The translations under genes and the position numbers were made by a program. A stretch of 63,957 bases of DNA, counting the filler, from an uncultured bacterium (GTDB lineage: Bacteria; Hinthialibacterota; Hinthialibacteria; Hinthialibacterales; Hinthialibacteraceae): assembly GCA_964449065.1 (NCBI GenBank). It is 5 parts of 5 records of this genome, joined end to end, with 100 filler letters (N's around TTAATTAATTAA, not from the genome) between each part and the next. Parts side by side here need not be neighbours in the genome. Positions count along the whole stretch, not along the records: positions 13,958 to 27,773 come from CAYVAZ010000127.1; positions 27,874 to 41,688 come from CAYVAZ010000128.1; 3 more parts are not named here. The stretch is one strand, 5' to 3'. A model generated the notes under the pieces. The model did not search any database, was not told where the DNA came from, and saw nothing but the letters and a program-made list of their open reading frames with translations. Shown here piece after piece: positions 19,016 to 28,780 of this stretch (position 1 is the first letter of the stretch; the number at the start of each line of letters is the position of its first letter).

Positions 19016-20089
19016 TCAATAAATTGAACTGAGCCAATTTTCAATGTTTTTGATTACAAAATCGTCATCGCATAAATGGGGATAAGATGCATAGATTCTA
19101 TCGATTTCTTGCAATTGGCCTGTGGATAAACCTTCATTCGGGTCAATGCACCATCTGCCAGACATCATACCTTGACGGAAAAGTACCTCATGGAGACCGG
19201 CGATGCAGCCGGTAAAACCGTTTGCGGCATCAAAGAAAGCGGCATTGCTATCGGTAACCTGAATGGCGCGGGTCAACATCGCTTTTGGGATCGTGTTTCC
19301 TGAGGCCTTGATTTGATGGATTTCGTTTAATAAGTCAACTGCTTTTTTGGTCCAAACCGCCCAATGTCCCAACAGACCTCCAACGATATGAATTGAAACC
19401 GGCTTTTTCTCTCTGTAAAAAACGTGTTCGGTGAGTAAATCCATCACGATGTTGTCATCATTTCCGGTATAAAGAGCAATGTCATTCTCACGGTTTACAT
19501 CCACAAGCGCCCGCAGCACATCAATCGTTTGATAGCGGTTAAAGGGTGCTATCTTGACAGAACAAACATTGGGAATCTCCAAAAATTTCGTCCAAAAACG
19601 ATAGTTTAATATGCGGCCGCCAACGGAGGGCTGCAAGTAAAATCCCATGACAGGGATATGATCCGCAATTGCTTTAGCATGGTCGATCATCGTTTGATTG
19701 GTGGATTCTTGAAAGGCACTTAGGCTAAGCAGTCCAATATGATAACCATGTTTTACCGCCAATTTGGATTCTTGGACGGCTTGTTTGGTATCACCACAAA
19801 TACCGGCGACTCGAATGATTTTTTTTTCGGTGTGTTTTTGTTCCCATGCGTCAATCGTGGATTGTGCCAGTTCTAATACCGGTTGATGCAGTCCGATTTT
19901 TGGGTCACGGATCGCGAATTGGGTGGTATGTACCCCAACGGCTACCCCTCCTGCGCCGGCGTCAAGGTAATACCTTGTCAGCGCCCGCTGTGATTTTTCA
20001 TCCAGTTTTCGTTCTGATGTTAGGGAAAGCGGATGGGCTGGAATGACACATCCTTGTTTGAGATTTTTATAGAGTTGGGTGTCTATCAT
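19016..20089 (-). CDS. Dihydrodipicolinate synthase-like family protein
   Basis: VIPAHPL, AVGVHTTQF, FYLQPSVGG, KIAPFNRY, LYTGNDD. Confidence 0.88.
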   Translation of the reverse strand: MIDTQLYKNLKQGCVIPAHPLSLTSERKLDEKSQRALTRYYLDAGAGGVAVGVHTTQFAIRDPKIGLHQPVLELAQSTIDAWEQKHTEKKIIRVAGICGDTKQAVQESKLAVKHGYHIGLLSLSAFQESTNQTMIDHAKAIADHIPVMGFYLQPSVGGRILNYRFWTKFLEIPNVCSVKIAPFNRYQTIDVLRALVDVNRENDIALYTGNDDNIVMDLLTEHVFYREKKPVSIHIVGGLLGHWAVWTKKAVDLLNEIHQIKASGNTIPKAMLTRAIQVTDSNAAFFDAANGFTGCIAGLHEVLFRQGMMSGRWCIDPNEGLSTGQLQEIDRIYASYPHLCDDDFVIKNIENWLSSIY

Positions 20090-20424
20090 AAGAGGAAAAA
20101 ACTCTGTAGGGTTTATTTTGTATTATCATCATCACGTATGGATGATTATACAAGAATGCGTGAAGAAGATAAACCACTGATTTGGCTGTATGAAGAAATC
20201 AAAAAATAAATACTTTCAAGCCATCATTCCAAGACGATGATACCCGGTTTTTGTCATGCATGGTTGCAACCCATCTGTCCTACGGGCATCTACTTGTCTA
20301 ATCTTCGTACATGAATAACCGCGAATACACGCCAATTCACGCGAATAATAACGGCGGCATTTCCAGTTCTTATTGTTTCATATCGATGTTCTTCCGGATT
20401 ATCGTAAAAGAAAAGCGTCCTTCT

Positions 20425-20450
20425 GGCTTGGCGGGAGCCTCGCCCTCCCA
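20425..20450. repeat. GGAG-type REP
   Basis: GGCTTGGCGGGAGCCTCGCCCTCCCA; eight related copies in the window. Confidence 0.8.
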
Positions 20451-20604
20451 GATATTGCTTCAAGAGTGGTATCCATTTACCGGAAAGCGGTGCTCTTCGG
20501 TTGTGTTAAGAGTGTAGAGGATTTGGTGGGGTATCCTGTAATCATGGGACAATTGATCAAGCGTTACATGAATCCGCTCAACAAATGAGTTTATATGGAA
20601 ATGT

Positions 20605-22095
20605 TTACCCACCCAACCGGTAGTTAGGTGCTTCTTTGGTTACAATCACATCGTGCGCGTGGCTTTCCTGCAAACTGGCTTGCGTGATTTGTGTAAAGCG
20701 GGCTTGTTTTTTAAACTCAATCAAATTCCGTACACCGCAATAGCCCATCCCTGCCCGGAGGCCGCCCGAAAGTTGCAGAATGAAACCAGCGACATTGCCC
20801 CGGTATGGCACCCGGCCTTCAATGCCTTCTGGTACCAGTTTGCCTTCGTCCACCACTTCGGCTTGTCCATAGCGGTCTTTGCTGCCTTTTTGCATCGCCC
20901 CCAGCGAGCCCATCCCACGGTATACCTTAAAGGTTCTCCCTTCAAAGATAATGGTTTCACCGGGCGCCTCATCCGTCCCGGCAAACAAATTGCCGATCAT
21001 GACCGAATCCGCCCCGGCCGCCAGCGCTTTGGCCACGTCGCCGGAACTTTTTATGCCGCCATCGGCAATGATTTTTACATCATATCCTTGCGCCGCCGCA
21101 ACACAGTCATACACCGCGGTAATCTGTGGAACCCCCGACCCACTGATGACACGTGTAGTGCATATTGACCCAGGCCCCATCCCCACTTTGACGGCATCGA
21201 CACCCAAATCGCACAGAAATTTCGTGCCGTCACCGGTTGCAACATTGCCAGCCACGATCGGCTTGTTTGGATATTGCTTCTTAAACCGTTTCACCGCTTC
21301 ACCCACCCGCGAGGTATGCCCGTGGGCCGTATCGATAACTATCACATCGCATCCCGCATCCAGCAGTTTTCCGGCCCGTTCGGTGACTTCAAATGCGCTG
21401 ACACCAATAGCAGCGGCCACACGAAGCCTGCCATGATCGTCTTTTGCGGCATTGGGGTATTTGCGTTTTTTCTCGATATCCTTTACGGTAATTAATCCAC
21501 ACAAATAGCCCCGATCATCCACCACCGGAAGTTTTTCAATGCGGTTTTTATGCAGCACATATTCCGCGTCTTCCAGCGTGGTTCCTTCGGATGTGGTCAC
21601 CAGTCCTTCGCTGGTCATATATTCTTTGGTTAACGCGTTTTCATCTCTGGCAAAGCGAAGATCGCGGTTGGTTAAAATTCCCAAAAGTTTTCCGTCTTCT
21701 TCTGTAATTGGAACACCGGAGATTCGAAATTCCGCCATCAATTCGTTGGCGCGCGCGATGGTGTCGTTGGGACCGAGGGTTATGGGTTTTAAGATCATCC
21801 CGCTTTCCGAACGTTTAACTTTATCGACATGTTCCGCCTGAACATCCACCGGCATGTTCTTGTGGATGACACCAATTCCGCCTTCTTGCGCGAGGGCGAT
21901 TGCCAGCCGGGCTTCTGTCACCGTATCCATCGCGGCAGAACAGATCGGCACATTAAGAGGAATGCCATTAACCAATTCTGTAGAAATATCCACCTCAGCG
22001 GGAATCACTTCGGAATATCCTGGCAGCAGCAACACATCGTCAAAGGTTAACGACAATTTCCCAAATTTTTGTTCCCAACTCAGCATGGTTTTCAC
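20605..22095 (-). CDS. guaB: IMP dehydrogenase
   Basis: [19 protein letters not shown] pair, [26 protein letters not shown]. Confidence 0.98.
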   Translation of the reverse strand: MKTMLSWEQKFGKLSLTFDDVLLLPGYSEVIPAEVDISTELVNGIPLNVPICSAAMDTVTEARLAIALAQEGGIGVIHKNMPVDVQAEHVDKVKRSESGMILKPITLGPNDTIARANELMAEFRISGVPITEEDGKLLGILTNRDLRFARDENALTKEYMTSEGLVTTSEGTTLEDAEYVLHKNRIEKLPVVDDRGYLCGLITVKDIEKKRKYPNAAKDDHGRLRVAAAIGVSAFEVTERAGKLLDAGCDVIVIDTAHGHTSRVGEAVKRFKKQYPNKPIVAGNVATGDGTKFLCDLGVDAVKVGMGPGSICTTRVISGSGVPQITAVYDCVAAAQGYDVKIIADGGIKSSGDVAKALAAGADSVMIGNLFAGTDEAPGETIIFEGRTFKVYRGMGSLGAMQKGSKDRYGQAEVVDEGKLVPEGIEGRVPYRGNVAGFILQLSGGLRAGMGYCGVRNLIEFKKQARFTQITQASLQESHAHDVIVTKEAPNYRLGG

Positions 22096-22190
22096 TACTT
22101 TTCCTCTCTTGATCCAATCGATGGAAACCGCTTCTTTGCGGTTTTCTATTGTTTATATCAGAGTTGCTTGATTTCAAAAGGGTGGGTAGT

Positions 22191-22223
22191 AAAAAAGCCG
22201 GCACATTTTTCTGTGCCGGCTTT
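22191..22223 (-). terminator. Rho-independent terminator of the 22249-23790 gene
   Basis: AAAGCCGGCACA-TTTTTC-TGTGCCGGCTTT hairpin with a U-run on the minus strand. Confidence 0.8.
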
Positions 22224-22248
22224 AAAAGATGTCTTACTCAATCAGATG

Positions 22249-23790
22249 TTATTGGTCAACGGAAGGGGCTGTGATCAGGCCTCTGTAAGGAGACAATTCT
22301 AAATCATGCGCGAAACCGCCGCGGAAGTACAATACGTCTCCAGGGAGTCTTGGAACTTCTCCGACGCGGTGAATGGTTCCAAACCGGTCAACCACATACA
22401 TGCCGATAATTTTTCCTTCATCATTGGCAACCAATTCCAAGTCGCGGGCTGCGTCAAAACCAAAGATAGGAAGGTTTTCTTCAATTCCCACAATGGCGAA
22501 ATTGTCTTCCGCCGAGGTTCCAACGGCGTTCACGACAAAGACCTCACCCAACCGGGTTAAGAGACAGTAGCCTTGGCCGTTCGGCATCAATTCAATATCG
22601 ATTGCGATGTTGAAGTCATTGCCATCGTCGAATGGCGGATTGGCAAAGTAAGGCGCGTCGACACTGGGGTCGGCGCCGCCGGTTTCAACATTTTCCCACG
22701 GGGCGGGAATTGGATTTCCGTCTTCATCTTCAACCATGGCGTGAACCGCACCGAAGCCGTCCAAAATAGCATAACCGGAGGTGACGGCGACGCTGGTAGT
22801 AAAGTTGAATTTCGAAGGATCCAAGCGGTCTTCACTGATTTCAATGCCTTGGAACAAGGAAGCCTCATCAAGATTGTTGCTGGCAGCCAAGGCGGCACGG
22901 GATTGTGAATCGGCCACCATTGGTGTGGTCACTTCTTCAAAGCGTGACATAACTTCTAAATCTTTGGCAATTGGCAATCCCGTACCGCCACTGAATTGGA
23001 AGAAAGGCGCGGCTTTGGTTTGCACATTTCCATCGCTGTCTACACCGGCGTAATCGGAATTGTATAAGGGACGGAACCCGAAAATGCTGCGGAACAGATC
23101 GTTTCCGGCTTGACCGGTATTTTGATTTAAGAAGTCCAGAACTTCCGCGTTGTTTACGTAATGAACACCCGCAAAGGCATCCAACAAATAAAACCCTTGG
23201 AACGCGTTGGTTGCTTGACGCCAATCCACCGCCAATTCGATATCGCGGGCGATGCCGTCGTTTTCCGTTTCAATGGGGATTTCAAATGGGAAGTAAGGAA
23301 GCGTGATAAGATTATCCGGGTTGTTTTGATTAAACACGGCCACATCGGCTTGATAATCAAATTGAGGATTGGTGGAATTGGGAGATGTAACGGTTAATCC
23401 AGGGCCGGTTGGGATAAGACCGGGGGCGATATTGACGCGAAAGTTGTGAACACCGCCGAATTTGTCTAAGCCGATGACTCCGGTTACATTGCTGTCGTTA
23501 TTGCCTACCGTAACCAAATCGCGGTAGACATCAAACCCAAAAAAGAAAATATTAAATTGAGCCGGCACACCGTTTTCATCCACGGCAAACAACTCATTTT
23601 CGGTTGCCGCCAGTGTCGCGTTCAAAACCGTGCGGATGGCGCCTTTCGTATCCAAGCTGACCGCACCGTTTACAAATTCCGCATTTGAAAACTGCCGAAC
23701 ATTCGCTGCATTGTCTTGTGCGTTTACCGGCATCAAAGGCAAAGCCCACAATGTTAAAACCAATAAAACCCATACACTTATTTTGTTCAT
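22249..23790 (-). CDS. Secreted repeat protein, probable beta-propeller
   Basis: Signal peptide MNKISVW...VNA-Q with GGAG RBS; six ARDLEL-like and five LDxFGxVH-like repeats. Confidence 0.8.
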   Translation of the reverse strand: MNKISVWVLLVLTLWALPLMPVNAQDNAANVRQFSNAEFVNGAVSLDTKGAIRTVLNATLAATENELFAVDENGVPAQFNIFFFGFDVYRDLVTVGNNDSNVTGVIGLDKFGGVHNFRVNIAPGLIPTGPGLTVTSPNSTNPQFDYQADVAVFNQNNPDNLITLPYFPFEIPIETENDGIARDIELAVDWRQATNAFQGFYLLDAFAGVHYVNNAEVLDFLNQNTGQAGNDLFRSIFGFRPLYNSDYAGVDSDGNVQTKAAPFFQFSGGTGLPIAKDLEVMSRFEEVTTPMVADSQSRAALAASNNLDEASLFQGIEISEDRLDPSKFNFTTSVAVTSGYAILDGFGAVHAMVEDEDGNPIPAPWENVETGGADPSVDAPYFANPPFDDGNDFNIAIDIELMPNGQGYCLLTRLGEVFVVNAVGTSAEDNFAIVGIEENLPIFGFDAARDLELVANDEGKIIGMYVVDRFGTIHRVGEVPRLPGDVLYFRGGFAHDLELSPYRGLITAPSVDQ

Positions 23791-24427
23791 GAGACCGTTA
23801 GCTCCTCTCCCGAACGCTGCAAAATTTCCCGTTTTTAACCGTACCAGAATTGAACCCATATGAACGAAAGGTTTCTGTACGACCGTTTTGTGATCTCTCA
23901 TCCGTAAGCCCCCTTGAATTGGGTCATAAGTAGCCTATTTATTTTTACATAAGTATCGTTTAGAAACAAGTGTGCCGTCACTGAAAATATACTTTCAATG
24001 AAATCAATCCACACACACAAACCAACCGAAATCAATGGTATCTACTGCATTCAACTTTCCAAAACGCCAATATAGCCGCATAATACCAACACAACTTTTA
24101 TTGGTAGAGTACTACGTACGTTTTCAATTATAAGTAAAAAGCCACTCTTAATCAATCAAAAAATAGCATTTTTGACCTATAATTTTTTCTTTACCGCATC
24201 TTTGCTGAGAAATTGCTTTAGGTCATTTTCGTAAACATACGGTATTGTAGCAACTTGTTTGCATTTCTCATATAGCATTTTTTCAAATCGTGTAATTTAA
24301 TAGATCCATTTCATCTAACCGAATTCGCGGTTTTGTAATACTATCGTCTGAAATCAAGAAAAAATAAGTGTTAGAATGCGGTCCATAGATTTTTTTCATC
24401 TCAAATTCAATCAAAACAGGACTATCT

Positions 24428-26305
24428 ATGAATACAATCAATAGCACCCCAGCAGATCCGATGCCAACCAAAACGGGAGACGTGATCAAGCGGATTGATG
24501 AAACGGTAACGGACAAGACAAACGGTACAAGCAAATTAACAAATGAAGAAGCCATCCCCCCCGGCCATACCGGGGATTCTCAACGTCAAAGTATGGGATC
24601 AATCCCCATAATGCAAATGATCATATTTGGACTCATTATTTTGTTGTATATGGTCATTGCCATATTGCGGATTGATGGGAAATATGTTGATTTCGGTGAC
24701 GGAAATTATCTCTACCTCTCATGGCGTATGACTGAGGGAGATATTCTCTACAAGGATTTACCCAGTCCTCAACCTCCCCTGCTGTTATTTTTAGGCAGTT
24801 TTCTCCTGTCTTTATCGGGGGGCGAAGCCGGATTGGTGCGTCTTTGGCAAATCATCCAACATCTGTTGGTGGGATGCTGCGTTTTCGGCATTGCACACCG
24901 TCTGTTTCAAATCAACTGGCTGCCAACTCTTGCCGGAACGATTTACATCTTTCTGCCGGAAGGGGTGTGGTGGTCGATGGGTTATCAATCGGAACCGCTG
25001 CTTATTTTGGTGCAGGCGTTCAATGTGCTATTGTTTCTCAACGCCATCCAAAACCCAAACTCACGCTTGTATGTTTATGCCGCCGCGTTCACGTCGATGC
25101 TCACGTGTTACATCAATATGACCGCGGCACCCTATGTGCTATTGCAGTGGTTTTTTGTCTGGTTGCGGCACCGGGAGATATTTCTTCGCTATACGCTGGC
25201 ATTGGTCATCCCCGGAATTCTCTTTTTCATTTCCATGTTGTGGTATAGCAATGGACAATACATCGAACACGTCTTTATGCGGCAAATCGGTACCTATCCC
25301 TCCGAATCGCTTGAGGGCGCCTTGATGTATTTTTTGCAGAAATTTATGTCGGAAGGGGGAGACATTCTCTTTTATGAGGGCGGATTCGTGTTCGCCTCGA
25401 TGGCGGGTATCTGGCTGCTTGCCAATCATCCCGAAGATTTTTCGGGCAAGGATTATATTGTTTGGTGGGGGCTCTTTTCGCTCGGCTCGATTATCTTTGT
25501 CACCAAAGGGGGAACGGTGGAATATATCTTCACCATCGGCGAACCGGCGGTGGCGGTTTTTTCGGCCTATTTTTTCCTTACCATATTGATGACAGGTGAT
25601 TTTCCTGAATCCAACAGGGCGTTGGTGAAAAATCCACTGCATCTCGGCAAGGTTGTTTTGCTGGCAACTTTGGTCATCCCCGCTTTGATTTTACAACCCA
25701 GTTCGCTGCTATCGCGCACTCTCTTTGATTATTCCTATTATTACGAACAGCAGGGCAGGCCGCAGGCCAAAGTCTACGAACTCTCACATGAAGAGATGCA
25801 AAATGTTACCAAACTTGCACAACTGTTATGCCCGCCGCCCAAAATGATGATCGCCCCGCCCTATTATGCCTTTGCCGCCAAACGCAAGCTTTCTCAAAAT
25901 TCTTCCTCGCTCTTTATTCTGTTCCATGCCTATTACGCCGATTGGAAACGCTTTCAGCAAGAAGAGGATTATAAAATCGACCTGCCCGGCTTACACGAGA
26001 TAAGAAACCCATTTGCCGCGCCGGGTGAGAATCCTGTCTATGATCCGGATCAAGTATTTGAGCTTGCCCGTGTGTTTAACCTCAAGCCTGAATTCCGCGA
26101 GAAATACCCCACGATTGCGCTGTTTTTGGATATGCGCGACGACATCCGCAATAAGAGAGTTGGATTGGTGTTGGCGAATATCAGCCACATGTTCTTTTGG
26201 GTGCCGCCGCTGCACAATGCCATCGAAGAACATTGCAAACCCTTCGAACCTCCGCTGCGGTTACCGACCCGCGAGGAGAACATTGTTGCCTTTGTGCCGA
26301 AATAA
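24428..26305 (+). CDS. Multi-TM GT-C (ArnT/PMT-like) glycosyltransferase
   Basis: DFGDGNYLY..W....G..LYKD....QPP signature followed by many TM helices; start uncertain. Confidence 0.7.
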   Translation: MNTINSTPADPMPTKTGDVIKRIDETVTDKTNGTSKLTNEEAIPPGHTGDSQRQSMGSIPIMQMIIFGLIILLYMVIAILRIDGKYVDFGDGNYLYLSWRMTEGDILYKDLPSPQPPLLLFLGSFLLSLSGGEAGLVRLWQIIQHLLVGCCVFGIAHRLFQINWLPTLAGTIYIFLPEGVWWSMGYQSEPLLILVQAFNVLLFLNAIQNPNSRLYVYAAAFTSMLTCYINMTAAPYVLLQWFFVWLRHREIFLRYTLALVIPGILFFISMLWYSNGQYIEHVFMRQIGTYPSESLEGALMYFLQKFMSEGGDILFYEGGFVFASMAGIWLLANHPEDFSGKDYIVWWGLFSLGSIIFVTKGGTVEYIFTIGEPAVAVFSAYFFLTILMTGDFPESNRALVKNPLHLGKVVLLATLVIPALILQPSSLLSRTLFDYSYYYEQQGRPQAKVYELSHEEMQNVTKLAQLLCPPPKMMIAPPYYAFAAKRKLSQNSSSLFILFHAYYADWKRFQQEEDYKIDLPGLHEIRNPFAAPGENPVYDPDQVFELARVFNLKPEFREKYPTIALFLDMRDDIRNKRVGLVLANISHMFFWVPPLHNAIEEHCKPFEPPLRLPTREENIVAFVPK

Positions 26306-26387
26306 TTTTAACATGACCAAATTGCCTTTTGATTAAATCAATAGTAACATAAAAATTGATAAGAGGATCAAACAAAGGTATATCACT

Positions 26388-26669
26388 ATGACGCTTAATG
26401 TTTCATTGCCGCCGAAATTAGAAAACATGGTTCATGAAAAAGTGAATGCGGGTTTATATCAAAATCCAAGCGAATTGGTGCATGAAGCATTGAAGGACTT
26501 TTTCTCCAAGCCAACTGAAGGCCAGGTTCTTGCCTATATTGTGGAAAAACGCCTGAAAGAAATCGAAGAAAATGGAGAAGTACTTGAGGAAGTCAATCTT
26601 TCCAAACTCCAGCAACTTCGACAAGAAAGCAACGAAAAACGTAAACAGGAAAATGAAAAGCAATTATAA
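26388..26669 (+). CDS. ParD-like RHH antitoxin
   Basis: LNVSLPPKLE..V..KV.AGLY.N.SELVHEAL; overlaps the parE start. Confidence 0.85.
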   Translation: MTLNVSLPPKLENMVHEKVNAGLYQNPSELVHEALKDFFSKPTEGQVLAYIVEKRLKEIEENGEVLEEVNLSKLQQLRQESNEKRKQENEKQL

Positions 26670-26868
26670 AGTCATTTGGACGGAATCGTTTCGGCAAGAC
26701 TACTCTCATGAATATGAATATTCCATTGAGCATTGGGGACAAGATCACGCAGATGGATTTTTTGACGAATTAGACCAAAAAATCATTGCACTTTCAGAAC
26801 TTCCTCATTCTAATCTTCACAAACCGGAAATGCCTCAAAATTCACGCTGCGCTTCCATCATGTCATAG
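26653..26868 (+). pseudogene. ParE toxin, C-terminally truncated
   Basis: YKVIWT...YSIEHWGQDHADGF...LSELP; only 71 aa and runs into antisense higA DNA after PQNSR. Confidence 0.75.
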
Positions 26869-27092
26869 GCGTTTTGCAGCCGAAGCCAATAGCCTTCCGA
26901 CAATCCAAAATAACGCGCCAAACGCAAACCAGTATCCGCTGTAATCCCACAGCGTCTCCGCACGATATCATTGATTCTGTTGGAAAGAACTCCAATTGCA
27001 TGTGCCAACGCATTTTGTGACAATCCCAATGGTTCTAGAAATTCTTCTTTTAAAATTTCACCCGGATGTGGATTGTGCAGTAATTTATCCAT
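26835..27092 (-). CDS. higA: HigA-family antitoxin (C-terminal tail probably clipped; no higB upstream)
   Basis: HPGEILKEEFLEPLGLSQ..LA...RIN.I....GITADT.LRLARYFG.S..YWL.LQ. Confidence 0.88.
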   Translation of the reverse strand: MDKLLHNPHPGEILKEEFLEPLGLSQNALAHAIGVLSNRINDIVRRRCGITADTGLRLARYFGLSEGYWLRLQNAYDMMEAQREF

Positions 27093-27107
27093 GATTTATT
27101 TTAACAG

Positions 27108-27381
27108 CGGATGTTACGTATTCGTTACGATATGCTTGTTATTTTTGTCAATCGCTGAAACGATCGCCCTCGCCCACTGGGAGAGGGTCGGGGTGAGGGG
27201 TTATGGAGACAGAAGCCTCTCAGTACGCTATTGCATCACAGGGAGCAATCACTCTCTTCGCCCTCATCTCTTATCTTCTCCCAAAGGGAGAAGACGATAG
27301 ACCTTGCGTTTGATTGAGAAAATTCGGTCTTTAACAACCCCTTTTTTCAGCAATATTAGATCATCAATTGCGTAACATCAG
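27108..27381. mobile_element. MITE family B
   Basis: CGGATGTTACG ... CGTAACATCAG; reverse-complement homolog of 11409-11685. Confidence 0.75.
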
Positions 27382-27479
27382 TTAACAATTTTACGATATA
27401 GATACAACAGATAATCCAGCCATAATGTTTCATGAAATTTCTTCTTCCTAATCTGATTCTTACGGTGTACAATACAGTC

Positions 27480-27571
27480 ACCTCAGGTACATAGGCGCTT
27501 GGTTGATCTGTTCGGAATCTAGATACCTAGAGGAGCCCCGGAAGGTCACCAAGCGCCCCTGCATCTGAGGT
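27480..27571 (+). ncRNA. Candidate structured small RNA (long hairpin)
   Basis: ACCTCAG...GGCGCTTGGT pairs with ACCAAGCGCC...CTGAGGT; TACAAT at 27468-27473 just upstream. Confidence 0.35.
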
Positions 27572-27633
27572 TTCACGTCCGCTCAGTTAGTACGAAATCC
27601 AAAATACCCTGTTATGAATGGAACTGTACTTCT

Positions 27634-27659
27634 GGCTCGGCAGGAGCCTCGCCCTCCCA
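27634..27659. repeat. GGAG-type REP
   Basis: GGCTCGGCAGGAGCCTCGCCCTCCCA. Confidence 0.8.
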
Positions 27660-27773
27660 TGACCATCACATTCAAGAAAACTATTCCATATCTAATACCA
27701 TTTCAATTTAATTTTGATTGTGTCTCCCTTTAAGGAACAAGGGTCATTCAAGTTGAAAACTCCAACCATTTAA

Positions 27774-27873
27774 NNNNNNNNNNNNNNNNNNNNNNNNNNN
27801 NNNNNNNNNNNNNNNNNTTAATTAATTAANNNNNNNNNNNNNNNNNNNNNNNNNNNNNNNNNNNNNNNNNNNN
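27774..27873. other. Artificial contig linker
   Basis: 44N-TTAATTAATTAA-44N. Confidence 0.99.
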
Positions 27874-27928
27874 GATGCAGCGAACGATTAGAAAAATGGG
27901 CATATCATAATGTAGTGCGTAACGTGAG
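27874..27928. mobile_element. Right end of MITE family B at contig start
   Basis: ATATCATAATGTAGTGCGTAAC is shared with the right end of 44943-45145; ends CGTAACGTGAG. Confidence 0.7.
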
Positions 27929-27953
27929 ATATTAAGATGCTGAGGAGTGTATC

Positions 27954-28244
27954 ATGCAGGATTATCCTACTATTTCATTTACGGATTTTCAAAATAATAT
28001 GAAAGAGCACATTGAACGGATGAAAAGATCGGGTGAACCTGAGTTGTTATCTATCGAAGATGATAATGTTGTGATTATCCAAGATGCTGAATCCTATCAA
28101 GCATTAATTGACAAGATAGATTTTGCTGAATCCGTTGTGGGGATACGCAGCGGATTAGAAGATGTTAAGAATGGTTTGGAAACCGATGCGAATGAATTTT
28201 TTGATTCATTCCAACAAAAACACCAGATACCTAAAAAGATATGA
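27954..28244 (+). CDS. Phd/YefM-like antitoxin
   Basis: SFTDFQNN.KE.IE.MKRSGEP..L......VIIQDAESYQ; GAGGAG RBS; ATGA overlap with toxin. Confidence 0.85.
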   Translation: MQDYPTISFTDFQNNMKEHIERMKRSGEPELLSIEDDNVVIIQDAESYQALIDKIDFAESVVGIRSGLEDVKNGLETDANEFFDSFQQKHQIPKKI

Positions 28245-28555
28245 AGTACGTTGTTCGAATAACAAAACAAGCAACTCAAGAAATAGAAGATCAATATCAA
28301 TGGCTGTTGCAGCACACAACTATTCATGCCTATGAATGGTATTATAATATTCGGGAAGCGATTTTTACTTTAGAAGATATGCCACAACGTTGTGCGATTG
28401 CACCAGAAGACCCCTACTTTGAAGATGAAATAAGGCACTTGTTATTTGGTAAATCAAAGGGGCAATTTCGTATATTATTCACAATTCAAGCAAATATAGT
28501 GAGAGTATTGCATGTACGCCATTCTTCTATGAAAACTCTCATGTTAAGAAAATAA
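28241..28555 (+). CDS. RelE/ParE-family toxin (intact)
   Basis: MKYVVRIT..A..EI...LE.MP.RC.IAPE...RILFTI...VRVLHVRH. Confidence 0.9.
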   Translation: MKYVVRITKQATQEIEDQYQWLLQHTTIHAYEWYYNIREAIFTLEDMPQRCAIAPEDPYFEDEIRHLLFGKSKGQFRILFTIQANIVRVLHVRHSSMKTLMLRK

Positions 28556-28780
28556 ATCCGACCTTTCTTTTTCCTATTTTGTCTGAAACGAAACCATCTG
28601 CTTTCTCGACAAAATTGAGAAAAATTGATACTATCTATGTGATTGATACTCCATTAGAGCAATTCAGGTTCGCGTCGATAGAAAGAGATCGTCTTTGATC
28701 CCCCCTACCCCTCTTAATAAGGGGGAAAAAAATCGACAGATTCTGTCTATCCAACTCTGAAACGGGCTAGGAATCCATTC

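Noticed and set aside
19121..19129. Perfect DnaA box inside the DHDPS-like gene
   Set aside because: Single coding-region match; one also occurs inside czcB near 36378, so it may be chance.
22096..22248. Purine riboswitch before guaB (also sought before the NCS2 permease)
   Set aside because: No aptamer consensus seen; only a terminator here and a MITE before the permease.
27480..27571. Hairpin as SRP RNA or 6S RNA
   Set aside because: Lacks the SRP domain IV CAGG-GNRA-AGCA motif on either strand and is about half the length of 6S.
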